Origin: Patellaria atrata CBS 101060
Lineage: Eukaryota
NCBI GenBank assembly: GCA_010093705.1
Contig: MU006095.1
Location: 248,001-312,000 of the forward strand
Direction of reading: 5' to 3'
DNA: 64,000 bases
Shown here: positions 1-12,330 of the stretch, piece after piece
Layout of the letters: every line of letters begins with the position of its first letter
Position numbering within the stretch: the first letter of the stretch is position 1
The notes under the pieces: model-generated
Databases searched by the model: none
Seen by the model: only the letters and a program-made list of their open reading frames with translations
Told to the model about the DNA's origin: nothing
Made by a program: the position numbers and the translations under genes

Positions 1-865
1 CGGTTTTTAACAGGACTCCAGAATCAGAACTAGTTCCAGGATTGTCCGCGATATCGGTTGTTATATCGTCCCAAGAGTCGCACAACTCTGGTCACCAGGC
101 CCTGGGCATCTCGAACTATTGATTGAAAATGTGAACCCACCATAGCTCAATTCAGTACCTTTCCTGGGAACTCGGCCACAACCTGACTTTGCAGTTGGTT
201 TCAGAGAGGACGCCTTCTCATATGAACAGTTAACCAAGATAGCGCCTGCGCTGGGGGGTCTCTCGCGCAACCAGTCATACTTTCTAGGCACGCGCACTAT
301 GCTCTTACCCTTCTTCACTGCCGAAGTAAAGTGTGGGCATACTGGGCTCAATGTAGCCGATCGACAAAACGCCCATAGCATGACCTTCTCGGTTAGGGCC
401 GTCGTCATGCTTGCTACTGCCGCCAACCGCGTAAAGTAACTGCACCGGCAGGCCATCGCCTTCTCGATATCTCACAACGAATCTGATTTTCGAATATACG
501 GACACTACCATGTTATCAACGGGGACGAGACAAAGTACTACAGTCACCTAATCGCTGGGTACAACTTGAAAATGCACTGCGGTAGACACAGGTAGGACTC
601 ATACATGTTCGTGGTGAACATTTATTATCACTTCGCCCTTGAACGTCTTAAGAGGCTTCGTTCGTACATTGATGATCTTCCAGCAGCCGCATTCGATGAG
701 CACAGTCTCCCTGGTTTGAAGGAAGAAGTCGTACCCGAACCTGAACCCATGGTAGCGGTCGGTGTCAATATGTCAGCTCTCGAACGGACCATCACCTCTG
801 TGTCTTCCAACGACGGACCTAGCGCTCCGAAGAGGCCTAGGATGGAGGATTATATGGAAACTTAG
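1..865 (+). pseudogene. DUF7924-like fungal protein, pseudogene (5' truncated by window edge)
   Basis: Manual translation gives RPQPDFAVGFREDAF, LPFFTAEVKCG, ADRQNAHSM and FSISHNESDFRIYGHY, motifs recalled for this family. In-frame stops at ~143 (TAG), ~437 (TAA) and ~593 (TAG); the frame continues into ORF 605..865. Confidence 0.75.
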
Positions 866-1008
866 GCTCTTATGCCGAACTTTTCGTTTCTATCCAAGTG
901 CGATCGTAGTGGTTCTTGCTAGTTTCGGTTATTGTATGTGCTCTGATGCTATGATTTTCAGTTTGAATTGCCCTATTCTTTTAACACGTACTATTTTCTT
1001 GGTCTAGT

Positions 1009-1148
1009 CTGTCCTTACTGAATCTTGTTCGTTGAAGTCCAGTTTGTCTTTGTCTTTTCAGTCCAGTTCACAATCTCATCGACTGTCCTTACCGAATCTT
1101 ATTGTTGGAGTTCAGTTTTTTTTTGTTTTAGTAGACTAGTTCACAATT
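1009..1148. repeat. Diverged tandem duplication, ~74 bp period
   Basis: ctgtcctta(c/t)gaatctt...agttcacaat occurs twice (~1009-1073, ~1083-1148). Confidence 0.6.
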
Positions 1149-2482
1149 GAATCAAAGCTGATTTACTACTGTCGAGGTACTTAAGGGTCTTTGTAGGCTT
1201 ATATGAAGGGCCCGATTACCGAGTGTTAGTGCCAATTTGTGAATATCAGAATGCGCCGGGCTTAAGGCAATATGCCGGTTACTGTACGAATATCAATCCA
1301 TTACTATCCAGTATACTAGACGCACATTACTATCTACTACGAGCTACGGATAGTACGAGTTACGTTAAAAGGAGCATTTCACCGTTACTCTGCAAGGTAA
1401 GCTCTTTTTGATTTCTATACACTTGAAGTATATATACAATACGAGTGGTTGAACTGTGCAATTTGTCCAGAATCTTTCCTTTCCCCTCTGTGTTCCCGGA
1501 AGCGCTATCCCTCAACGCGCACCTCTCGCACTTGTCCAGAGCCCCATACACAAGAACAATCCATCACCCTGCGTACGAACCTAAACGATCTATTTTCCAA
1601 AGTTTCCTTAAAATGTAGAATCTCCCTCCGACATGGTCAACTCGCCCATTTTGTCCTTAAGTAGATTGGGAAGAATAATAACCGTATCTCCCTAAAAATA
1701 TTAGTCTTTTGCCCTTATTTCTTGTGTTTATCTTATCTGTATATCCTGTTGTAGGATAGACTGTAGATGAAGTCCGTCGGCGAGCTTGTCTCGGGTATAT
1801 ACCACACCTCACTAGCAAAAGCATTTGAGGTATCAAGGTCAACTGAGATCCGAGCTGAACCAGACGTGAAGAGCTCCCAAAGAATGCTTGAGTATTGCTT
1901 CTCCAAGACACGGAGGCTGGCAGTCCGGCACATTGGGTGAAAAGCCGACCTCAACTTCTCTTTCCACTTTGAGGCCGTCTTAATTAAGTACACAACCCCT
2001 CAAACCCCGAACGATTACGATGATTAGATCGATCTTTTCCGAAGCGATGGTCCAATACTTGGTGGTAGAGAGACTAAAAGAGATGGCTAACCCTTCTATA
2101 CACCTTAGGCCCTTTCAATAATGGGGATACAACTAGAACTACGGCAGCTTAATAAAGAGTGTGGAACTGGCTCTTTCTAGGTTTGATTCGATGTCCTTCC
2201 CTGCGGTCCACACTAGTTGATTTTCTTACTATGCTGACATATTGGAGGTATTCTAGATAATTTTCCCTTGGTTTTACACCTGTTGGTCGTCATGAAGAGC
2301 AAATACATAGCTGTTCCTCTTCGGCCCCGAAACCACATACCCATTAGCCGCACGAATTACAGCAGAACTTATTGCTGGACCCTGAACAACCCAGAAGGTT
2401 CTCAGTAGTGAAGTACGGCAACAGTAGTGCAGAGACCTTGGTGCGCTCTTTTTTCCCTCGGTAATTCCATTATACGGGCGAA

Positions 2483-2491
2483 GCACGTTTT
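2483..2491 (+). promoter_or_regulatory. Possible Pho4/NUC-1 bHLH site (GCACGTTTT)
   Basis: CACGTT core ~480 bp upstream of the phosphate transporter ATG; short motif that could be chance. Confidence 0.3.
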
Positions 2492-2967
2492 ATCCATGCC
2501 TTTCCATGTGGTTGGAATTGTCATTGCCTTCTAATGCGAGCCTTGCGAGGCTGCTATGGCGCTGGGCGAGGCGTTTTTGTTTTCGTTATTTCGTGTCAAG
2601 GAAGCCCAAGGGCGTGGGAAAAATATGCCCTTTGAAGAACGGAATATATCGCACGGACCAATAGAAATATTATGCTCGAGCACGATTCTGCGAGACCCAT
2701 GTGTGGGGGACGAGGGCCAAGGGGGGCTTTCGGGCGTGGGGGCGCTTCCCGTCCCCGGCATCACCACTCGAGTATTGGCATTAACAACCACAGCCTTGCA
2801 GTTCGTAGTTATCAAGAAGCGTTCCCCAACCGTGCATCAATTATGATCATGTCTGTCATGAAGTTGAATCCATCAGGACCATTACGTGCAGCCGTCAACT
2901 CGTCATCGACCCTATCCAAGAGTTCCCAGAGAACTTTTCTCTGTACCCCTAATACTATTCAAAAACG

Positions 2968-4850
2968 ATGCTCAAAACATCAAAGAAGGGCAATGCTGCT
3001 TATCAAGATGTCCAAGGACTTTATACTCATGTCTTCGATCCTAACGAGCGACGGCGACTCGCTCTAGCCGAGGTTGACAAAAGTCCATTCGGATGGTATC
3101 ATGTCAGGATGATCGTAGTAACTGGCATCGGATTCTTCACCGATGCTTACAGCGTATGAATACCTTACCAGAGACCCTCAACTCCGATCATGCTGACAGT
3201 GTTGTACTAGCTGTTTGCTATAAATTTGACCACAACCATGTTCGGGATGGTCTATTGGCATACCTCAAACGGAGGCAAGATCCCTCACGATGCCGATATT
3301 GCTATCAAAGTGGCAACATCTGGCGGTACCGTCCTTGGACAAGCTCTCTTTGGCTATCTTGCCGATTATTTAGGTCGTAAGAGAATGTATGGAATCGAAT
3401 TGCTGATTATCGTCTCCGCCACTCTGGCACAGTCACTCTGTGCGCCCTCTCAAGCAATATCCTTTGTTGGCATATTGGTCTTTTGGAGAGTATTAATGGG
3501 TATCGGAGTAGGAGGAGATTATCCTCTTTCTGCTGTAATCACCTCTGAGTTTGCAAATACCAAATCGCGGGGCGGAATGGTCAGCGCGGTCTTCGCCATG
3601 CAAGGACTTGGTCAGTTCGCAGCGGCTATGCTCACCCTCGTGGTTACCGTGGCATTTCGGAATGAACTTGAGGGAGTTATCTCGACAGCAGATTGCGATT
3701 TGCAATGTCAAGTCACTGTAGACAAAATGTGGCGGATCATCCTAGGTTTTGGTGGTATTCCTGGCTGGTTCGCTCTCTACTATAGACTCACCATCCCCGA
3801 AACACCACGGTACACATTTGACGTATTACACGATATCGAAAAGGCGAGCGCAGACGCACGCAGATTCCGATCCGGTCAAAAAGGTGAAGCAAAAACTGAC
3901 GAACTCCGTCAAGCCCAAGTCCGCAAAGAGATCAAGATGACCTATAGAACTTCCAAACCAACACCCTGGGAGGCAACCAAGTATTTCTGTAAACGAAGGA
4001 ATGCGTTACGACTCTTTGGAACCGCTGGTTCATGGTTTTTTCTCGATATAGCCTTCTATGGCCTTGGTCTTAATAGCGGCTCTATTCTCACGACCATCGG
4101 CTATGCTTCGACAGAAAATGTTTATAGGATGCTTTACAACGCTTCCGTAGGCCAACTCATTCTCGTCTGTGCTGGTGCGATCCCGGGATATTGGTTGACC
4201 GTGTTCACCGTTGACAAACTCGGCCGCAAACTGATCCAGATTACCGGCTTTTGCGTTTTGACATTGATATTCGCCATTATTGGTTTCGCTTTTGACCGGT
4301 TGAGTCAAGGCGTTCTCACAGCTTTATATATATTGGCTCAGCTCTTCTTTAACTGGGGTGAAGTCTCATCTTCTCCCATGGCTAGTATAAAACTAACAAC
4401 GTCTCAGGTCCGAATGCAACTACATTTCTCATGCCGGCAGAACTATTCCCGACACGTCATCGTTGCACAGCTCACGGCTTATCCGCCGCGGCTGGCAAAC
4501 TCGGAGCGATCATAGCCCAGGTCGCATTCGCGCCTCTGGTGGACAGAGGAGGGACCGCGGAAAATCCACATCCATGGCTCAACAGAGTAATGCAGATCTT
4601 TGCACTATTTATGTTCTGTGGCATTGGGACGAGTTTGCTACTACCAGAGACAAAGAGAAAGACTTTAGAAGAACTTGCAGGAGAGGGAAAGAACGGGGAG
4701 AGTGGTGTGTTTGAGATGAGATTTGTAGAAGGCTTTTGGAGGCGCGGGGATAATGGTACTGAACGCGAAGATGATATTTCCAGAAGAGGAGAGGATGGAG
4801 GCTGGTGGTCGGGTTGGGGAAGAGTAAAGGGATGGTTGAGGTTACGGTAA
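2968..4850 (+). CDS. PHO84: High-affinity phosphate:H+ symporter (MFS); exons 2968-3153, 3211-4357, 4408-4850
   Basis: Motifs GIGFFTDAYSLF, GRKRMYG, GIGVGGDYPLSAVITSE, TIPETPRY, NWGPN, LPETK; GT-AG introns 3154-3210 and 4358-4407 restore the frame. Confidence 0.93.
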
Positions 4851-5465
4851 GATGAATTGTACAACCACTGCTATACTGACGTAGATAATATGCTCAAAAT
4901 CGTTTTATAAGAGCACGTTTTCTCAAGGCCCAGACTTCCGAAGCTTCTTCGTTTTCCCTTTTATATGAACCCCTCGTTCCCGGATCCTGGAGCTCATATC
5001 GCCAAGGTAAAGATCGTCAACCGTTTCATTTTTCAATCTATTTGATGCTGGGGTAAATGCTACCCCACATTCTGTCAAAGTAACCTTAAATTTTTCACAA
5101 ATACCGATCGTGTCAGTTCTCTGCGTCTGCCCGGAGTTTATAGTGTTTTGTGATCGACGCCGTCACGTTCGCTTTGCTCCGAACCAATCTCCACCCCGAA
5201 TCTGTATATTTCCGTAGATCCTATAACGCTATTGAAACCGTAAGAGAGAAGGGTCCAGGTACCGCCACGGATATATCTTACTTAGGTCCAGTATATTTCT
5301 TATAGTAATTGTGTGTAATGTCCTTAGCTCATTGCGAGCTCCGAAATCCCTCAATAACAACCGTAATGATTAACAGTATACATCCTCACTATTTCCACTT
5401 TCACAATCTCGGGTCATTATTAGCATTCCGTTTCCTCTTCACTCCTTCTCTGCCAAAACTCGAGA

Positions 5466-6287
5466 ATGTCCTCACTACCGTCACTCGTTTCCATAGCAAC
5501 TCTCACCTCCTTCTTCTCTCTGTCAACGCTCCTCCTCACTCTTCTCACTCCCACACTTATATCCGCACACGGCCGCATAACCACCATCACCGTCGGCACC
5601 AAAAACTACACAGGCTGGGACCCCGAATTCGCGCTCTCCCCACCCGCGCCCAAACTCGCAGCCTGGAGCGCCGAAAACCTCGGCAACATCTACGTCACGC
5701 CCTCAAACCTCACAACGCCCAACATAGCCTGCCACATGCGCGCCGTGCCCGGCGCGCTCGAGATTCCCATCACAGCCGGCGAGACTTTGCGCGTGCACTG
5801 GAACGAATGGCCCACCTCGCACGTCGGGCCCGTACTCTCGTATCTAGCACCCTGCGGGGAGGAGCCTGGGTCCTGCACGCGGACCAGCGCGGCGACGCTG
5901 GCGTGGACGAAGGTTGACGAGATGGGATGGTTGAGCGCGGATGATCCGGCTGGCATGGGATTAGGGGGAACGTGGGCGACGGACGTGTTCATCAAGGATC
6001 GGTTTAGGTGGGATATAACCGTGCCGGCAAGGCTGAGGCCGGGCGGATACGTACTGCGGCATGAGATTATCGCGCTGCATGTGGCGGATGTGAAGGATGG
6101 CGCGCAGTTTTATCCGCAGTGTGTCAATTTGAGGGTCGCGGCGAGGGATGCGGGGAGTAGTGTTGAGTTGAAGGGTGGGGTTGTGGGGAGTAGGTTGTAT
6201 CGGGTGGATGATCCGGGGGTGTTGATTGATGTGCATCATGGGGTTAGCGGATATATGATTCCGGGGCCGAAGGTATGGAGACCTTGA
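5466..6287 (+). CDS. AA9 lytic polysaccharide monooxygenase, secreted, single exon
   Basis: Signal peptide ending ISA|HG (His1 of the brace), SHVGPV, YVLRHEIIALH, AQFYPQC, YMIPGP. Confidence 0.93.
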   Translation: MSSLPSLVSIATLTSFFSLSTLLLTLLTPTLISAHGRITTITVGTKNYTGWDPEFALSPPAPKLAAWSAENLGNIYVTPSNLTTPNIACHMRAVPGALEIPITAGETLRVHWNEWPTSHVGPVLSYLAPCGEEPGSCTRTSAATLAWTKVDEMGWLSADDPAGMGLGGTWATDVFIKDRFRWDITVPARLRPGGYVLRHEIIALHVADVKDGAQFYPQCVNLRVAARDAGSSVELKGGVVGSRLYRVDDPGVLIDVHHGVSGYMIPGPKVWRP

Positions 6288-7572
6288 GGATGAGGCTGCG
6301 TGTTGATATGCGTGATGTGTGTAGAATGAGATTTTTCAACGTCCAGAGTTGAAAGAAAGATTTTGAACTGAAATGACTGTGTCCCAATGGACTTGTATCC
6401 TATTCTGTTGGTTTGGGCGCCATAATCAACGCTCGGAACCATGAAGAGTATATACTATCTCTACGCCAGCATAGCAAGTGAGATGCTCTCCGAGCACCAC
6501 CTCAACTCGCAATGGACATTGATGTTCTGGCTGTATTTGTACTTTATGGTATCATTTGCTTACTTCACTTCGAATTTACCCCTGTATAGGCAATACCGAA
6601 CCCAATTCTTTTCTTGAAAGAGGGAATGAAAAGAATAATAAAAGAATAAAAGGTAACTTTATCTGGCAGTATTAACATGATGACCTGAAAAGTGTAAAGG
6701 AAATAAATGAAAGAGAGGTTGTAAAACAATCCAAGCTATTGCCCACGCACCAACTAAGCTATACCACCAGAATAAGAGTCATCTTAACCGACGTTGCATA
6801 TATAGACTGGTCTTTAGTTGAAACGCTTGCCTGGGTTTTACGAATTTCACGTTGCAGGTGACTTATGCCAAGGCAGGACAGTATGGTGAGTGATATCTTC
6901 AATGACACTTTCCTTTCAGAACACTTCTCATTCTCTTCAAGATTACTTGATTATATTTACGGTAACGGTTAAATACCATATTTTACTCGGGGTGGAAAGA
7001 AAATGACAAGTTCAGACCTGTTAAAGCTGTTCAGGGTCGTTACATCATCTCGGATGTCAATGCATACTGATAATATAGTTCATATGTTACACAATTACTA
7101 CTTGGGAGAAATGATGGAAAAGTCCTCTAAGAATGATGTGACAGTCGATAAACATCAACTAGAGCTGTTCTACAGGTACGACATGAGATGTAGAAAGGGA
7201 AGCCGTGTTATTTGAACGGTATGAAAAGGGTATCTACATAGATAGAGAAAACTTTACTTCTTATAATGTAGTCTGATTGAAGATTTCTCTAAATGATGTT
7301 TCATTAAGGTTCAGAGATCCGATCGGATTGAGATCGATCTCACAAGCGCGTGGAACTAGAACTAGCGATCTGCATTCCTCCATCACCACACCTCATCCTT
7401 AGAGTCATGACGCACATCCCATCCTCAAATAGTCTTAAGGTGGTTGACAGAACAAAGAATCAAGATTCCAAAAGAATCAGTCGCCGTCATGTCCAGAATG
7501 GCGCTTCAAAGAGTCCTCCTGTCCCCTCGACCTGGCGGAGGATAGCTAGCTGAGAGCTCTATATTTTCCTCT

Positions 7573-9581
7573 ATGCCATCCTCCCATGACACATTACTGC
7601 CCTCAAAGATGGCAGATGGAAAAAGGAACAGAATGGGTCGCCCAAAGAAGGTTCTAGTGGTGGGAGCTGGGGCTGCAGGTGGAGTTCCTCTCCCAAAGCG
7701 TATGGCTATGGAATCTCCACTAATGACAACATAGGAATGTCCTGCGCTCACCACCTCGCCCAGCACCAAGATAGGTTTCAAGTCACTTTAATCGAGTCGA
7801 TAGATCGCTGCGGAGGCCAAGCGTTCTCGGTACCAATTGATAAGAACAGGTATGGAGCGAGCTGGCTTAATCAGGGTGTTCAAGGCGGGAGCTACATATT
7901 CCATCATACTATGACCATGTTCAATAGGCAGGGGCATACTGCGAACCCTGTAAAGTTACAGGTGAGTTTGATACTGTATATCCATCCCTATTAGCATCTC
8001 GGGTGCTGTGCGCTTGTCGTATGCATATGAGCGAAACATGAACTTGGTTGGAACTGTTCTCCATGCGTGTACACAGCAGTCCAGAGGGCCCATACAAGGG
8101 AGAGATATGCTACAAACATTCACTTGTATCTGCGGTAGCTGACATGCTCAGGTCTCATTCGGCAAAGGTGACCAATTCTGGACGAATGTCTATCCAACCA
8201 AAATGCTCGCACGCCACCAGAGTGAGATAAAGCGGTTCTACTGGATGCTCAGAATCGTACGAATGTTCGAGGTCTTCTTTGCGCTTCTCCCTATCAAATG
8301 GCTAGTGAGACTTTTCTGGTTTTCGCGGGAATTCGCCAACGTCGTTGCTCTCCCCATGGTTGCACTGTTTCTAGGTACGGGAAACTATGCACCGGATGTT
8401 CCAACTATCATGTTGGAGAGGCTTTGTACAAGCTCAACGTACGGAATGTGGTACCCACCGGATAAGGAAAGCGTGTCTACTACTATTCCACCTATGGTCG
8501 TCTTTCCTAACTTCACCCTTTTCTTTGAGGATTGGAGAAAGGACTTAGTCAAACGAGGGGTTGATGTTAGATTATCAACCGAGTTGACGGAAGTAGTAAG
8601 CCGAAATAAGAATGGAGTAGTAGTACGCACGATGCAGACGAATATAGACAATCCTTTTGACGTCGAAGAGCGCTATGATGAACTTGTCCTTTGTGTGTTG
8701 TAAGTTCTCTCACACAACCCTCCCGAGAGTTCCTCGAATGACTCCGTAACTTCCTGCATAGGGCTGACGCGGCAAACCGTCTTCTCCGCAAAACATCGTC
8801 TTTTCGTGAACGCCGCGTCCTTGGCTCCGTCAAGTTTGCGGACGACATCACCGTAACCCACAGTGACGCCAACTACATGCGCAAGCATTACGAAAATTTC
8901 TACAACCCCGACCAAGCTCTCAGTACCCTAGGCACCACAGACCATTCCTCCCGTCTCAAATTTGCAGAGCAAAACTTCAAGCCCATGTATCTCATAAAAA
9001 TGTATTCTCAAGACATCACCCGGCTGGAAATGTGCTTCGACTGTACGAACTACCAAGCTCAGTTCCCCCCTGAGATGCCATTCGACGATCATGTCTTCCA
9101 AACCATCTTTTTGAATGAGAAGGATAGGGAGTTATGGTCAATTGGAGAGATAGATGAGAGTAAAGTGATAAAGAAGGACTGGTGGCACCAACTCTGCCAC
9201 TCCTGGACGCATTATGTCTTCGTCGTTCCTTGGATCTGGCTCCTCCAAAACCACTCAAATAAGCATACACGCTTCGCCGCCGCCTGGACGCTCGTCAACG
9301 CTCACGAAACAGCTGTCATCAGCGGCATAGCTGCCGCTGTTGATCTGGGCGCAGAATATCCGAAGGATCTGGAGGGAGACAGGTTTGCGTTCATGGTGTT
9401 TAGGTTGTATTATTTGCTGTGTTATGGAAAGTGGTATCGGAGACGGTATGCGAATGAGAGGGAGCAGAATAGGTGGAATTCGGGTTCCGGTTGGGTGGGA
9501 GGAAGGTATATGGGACCGGGAGTGGAGGAGGAGGAGAGGGCGATTTGGAGGAGGGAGAGGAACGCGGGGATGAGTCTGTGA
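7573..9581 (+). CDS. FAD-dependent oxidoreductase (flavin amine oxidase-like); introns 7679-7734, 7962-8151, 8700-8761
   Basis: KKVLVVGAGAAG Rossmann motif across intron 1, CGGQAFS, WLNQGVQGGS; spliced ORFs 7737, 8203 and 8877 join. Start could be 7573, 7609 or 7633. Confidence 0.85.
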
Positions 9582-10159
9582 GGATCATTAGGTGGATGCC
9601 GTGGAGGTACAGTGGGGCTGCTTCTGGTTTGTAGGTGTCTACTAATCTAGTCAAAGAGAAGTTTTAAGCTTTTAATTGTTCCGTGTAAACTTTTATTATC
9701 TCCTACAACTTCTTCTCCGATCCCTTAGTCGAGCTTTCTTCTCTTATCATGGTTCAGCTCACAGCAGAGTGGTAACCTTCTTTTGGAAGATGATGCTACG
9801 CACGGCCTAGGTGTCTTTGATTACCTAATATACCATCGTAGCCGTAGGAAGATACTGAAGGCCTAGTCAAGCAGAATATCAGAGATAATACCTAGCATGC
9901 ACTTCGACCCTGCTTAATATTTTCGTCTGAAAGATTTTCTATATAGATATGATTTTTACGGAATAACAAGCAGACCCCCAACTCTTCCGTCTGCAAACTG
10001 TATCCCTTATTTCGTATCATCACTTCTACTAGCATAGAACTCAGTCAATATCACCAAACACCTTCAGAAAGAACCTACTAGACGAGATCGCTGCTGTTGC
10101 TCGAAGGCGAAAAGGCTACCTTTAAAGGAATCATCTCGCTGACTGGGTTCCAAAAAAGG

Positions 10160-12330
10160 TCTCTTACATTGCGAAGATTGTTGCCCAGGGAGAACATATA
10201 ATGGCCAGTTTTGATCTTTGTGGCCAATTTGCCGCTTCAAATGCCGCGTTTGCCAGGTTGATCAGCATTTAGTCACTACTTGTATGGCATTAGCTCAGGA
10301 GATTTTATGGCATTATTGAAGGTCCCACCTTCTGCGCCAACAAGAGTGCTAGCTATGGGTCTATGCTCAACTCGTCCGTTGTACGGCATTTGTGCAACTA
10401 TTCGATTATCAGATGAGGTTCCAATTGGGCCTTCAGAAACGACTCCCAAGGTAAAACCAGCTGAGGCATATGCAGGACCGGAGAGATAAACTTCTCTCCA
10501 ACGGTGTGAGAAGAAGACGGTTCCCTACAGAATTAGCCACTGCTGAAGTGAAACTCTTCCTAAACAAACGTACTCATTTGGGAGCATCACGATCCTTTTC
10601 ATTAGCACTGCCATATGGTATAATCTTGATGGCATCGGACAAAGTTTCGCTGTTCTTTGAGAAGATATTCTCGTTGAACTAGTCCCTGAAGACTGAGTTC
10701 GACGAGACCTTGATTGTATTCATCCGTTATTGTCTTCTTCCCTTCGCCCCTTTCCGTATATTAGCACCGGTAGTTGGGGTTATGTCAAGAAGCGTTTACT
10801 AGCGATAGTGAACGATGGGTCCTTCATACGGTTCTTTAGCGTATTTTGCTTTGTAGTCTTTTCTGAACTAATCGAATTTGTGATGGTAATCGTGGCACAT
10901 CGGCCAGAACGCACTCTAAGGACTATAAGCAATGACCGAAAACCGTCCAGTACCACATACTCTCGCGAGATATTCTTTCAGTGACTTTCCGCCTACTTCT
11001 ATAGGTGGGCACTACACCCATCTCTCCGCAATGCTGAATATTGTTCTTTTAGCGCTGAGGACGTTTTCAAGAATGGTAATGAACTCGTCAACCATGGTTT
11101 AATGTGTCTTATTACCGTGCGGAAAGAAGTCCGCCGGGTAAAGAATTCTCTTGGGGAAGCTTGAGACATCTTCCAGCTTCAAGGTCTGTGATGCGAGGTG
11201 ATGGAGGGAGTCGAGGCTTCGAGTAAAGAATACGATAACATCAAAAGTCCTATAAAACATATGACTATGAATTGAACACCGTAGACATTATATCAGCACT
11301 TATCTTGAGTTAGTCTGTATCCCTCTCATTGAGGTGCTGTTGAAAGTGGGCCGAAGTGAGCAAAGTCCGTTGCATGTTACTAGAGCACGGATGCTTCCTG
11401 CAGCTATTCCAGAGTGAGTTTGATATTAAAAAAATAATAAGTTGAAGGGCTTGGAAGGCTTACAGTCTCCTGGAATAAAGTAGTCAAGCCACTCATAGCC
11501 CTCAAGGGACGAAGCAGCACCACTAGAGCTGCCCAATAGACTTTTTGATACATATCCCGGCGCGGATTCGTAGGACAATGGAAGTCGATATACTGGTATG
11601 TTGGCTCACCTAAACTGGCAGATGCTGTCATCTTCGTCTTTCCTACAATAACTGCACCTTTAGAGGTCAACTTCTCAACATAGTCGGCATTAGTGGCTGC
11701 TGGTCCGTAGAGTTCGATAAAAGTTTTACTCATCATAGTACTTTGGATGCCTGCCAAGTCAAAGATATCTTTAACATCCATTCGAGCGCCTGTTAATGGG
11801 TTGTCCTCCGAGTGTTCGGAATACAGTCTACTGGGGACAGCGACATGTTTCCAGATTCCGGGTACTGACAGAGTTCAAGAGGACAAAGGTGTGAAGTTTA
11901 TAAGACGATGTATTAGAACCTTGTACTTGGGGAAGAGAACTTATGTTGGCGGGGTAAGTAGATTATCTGGTATAACTGAAATCATGAAACCATTCAGAGT
12001 ATTTTCATATAACCGCCATACTTGGTGGATGTTCGATCCGTGAAGAAAGTATGGGCCTGGGGGAAGCGTTTTGTCGGATGAGATTAGCTCAGATAACCAA
12101 ACTTGTTTGAATAACTGCGAAAACTTATGTTGCTGAACTGCTTAACCTGACGTTTGACCATCAACATTCTGAATCACGAGTCCCTCGGTAAGTTTTAGAC
12201 TGAATACATCATCGAGGGACGAGTACTCTTCCCAAAGCTGAGTAAACCCGTCAGTATCGCTGGTAGAGTGCTCCGGAGCCAGAACGGTGACCGGTTGGAT
12301 ACTTCGTTCAGAAGAAAACCCAACCACTGA
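10160..12330 (-). pseudogene. Amidase-signature family pseudogene
   Basis: VKDIFDLAG, GAVIVGKTKMT, a frameshifted GSSSGAA, AGSIRA..CNGL.SLRPT and C-terminal RVEHRPI; multiple stops and frameshifts. Ends approximate. Confidence 0.8.
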
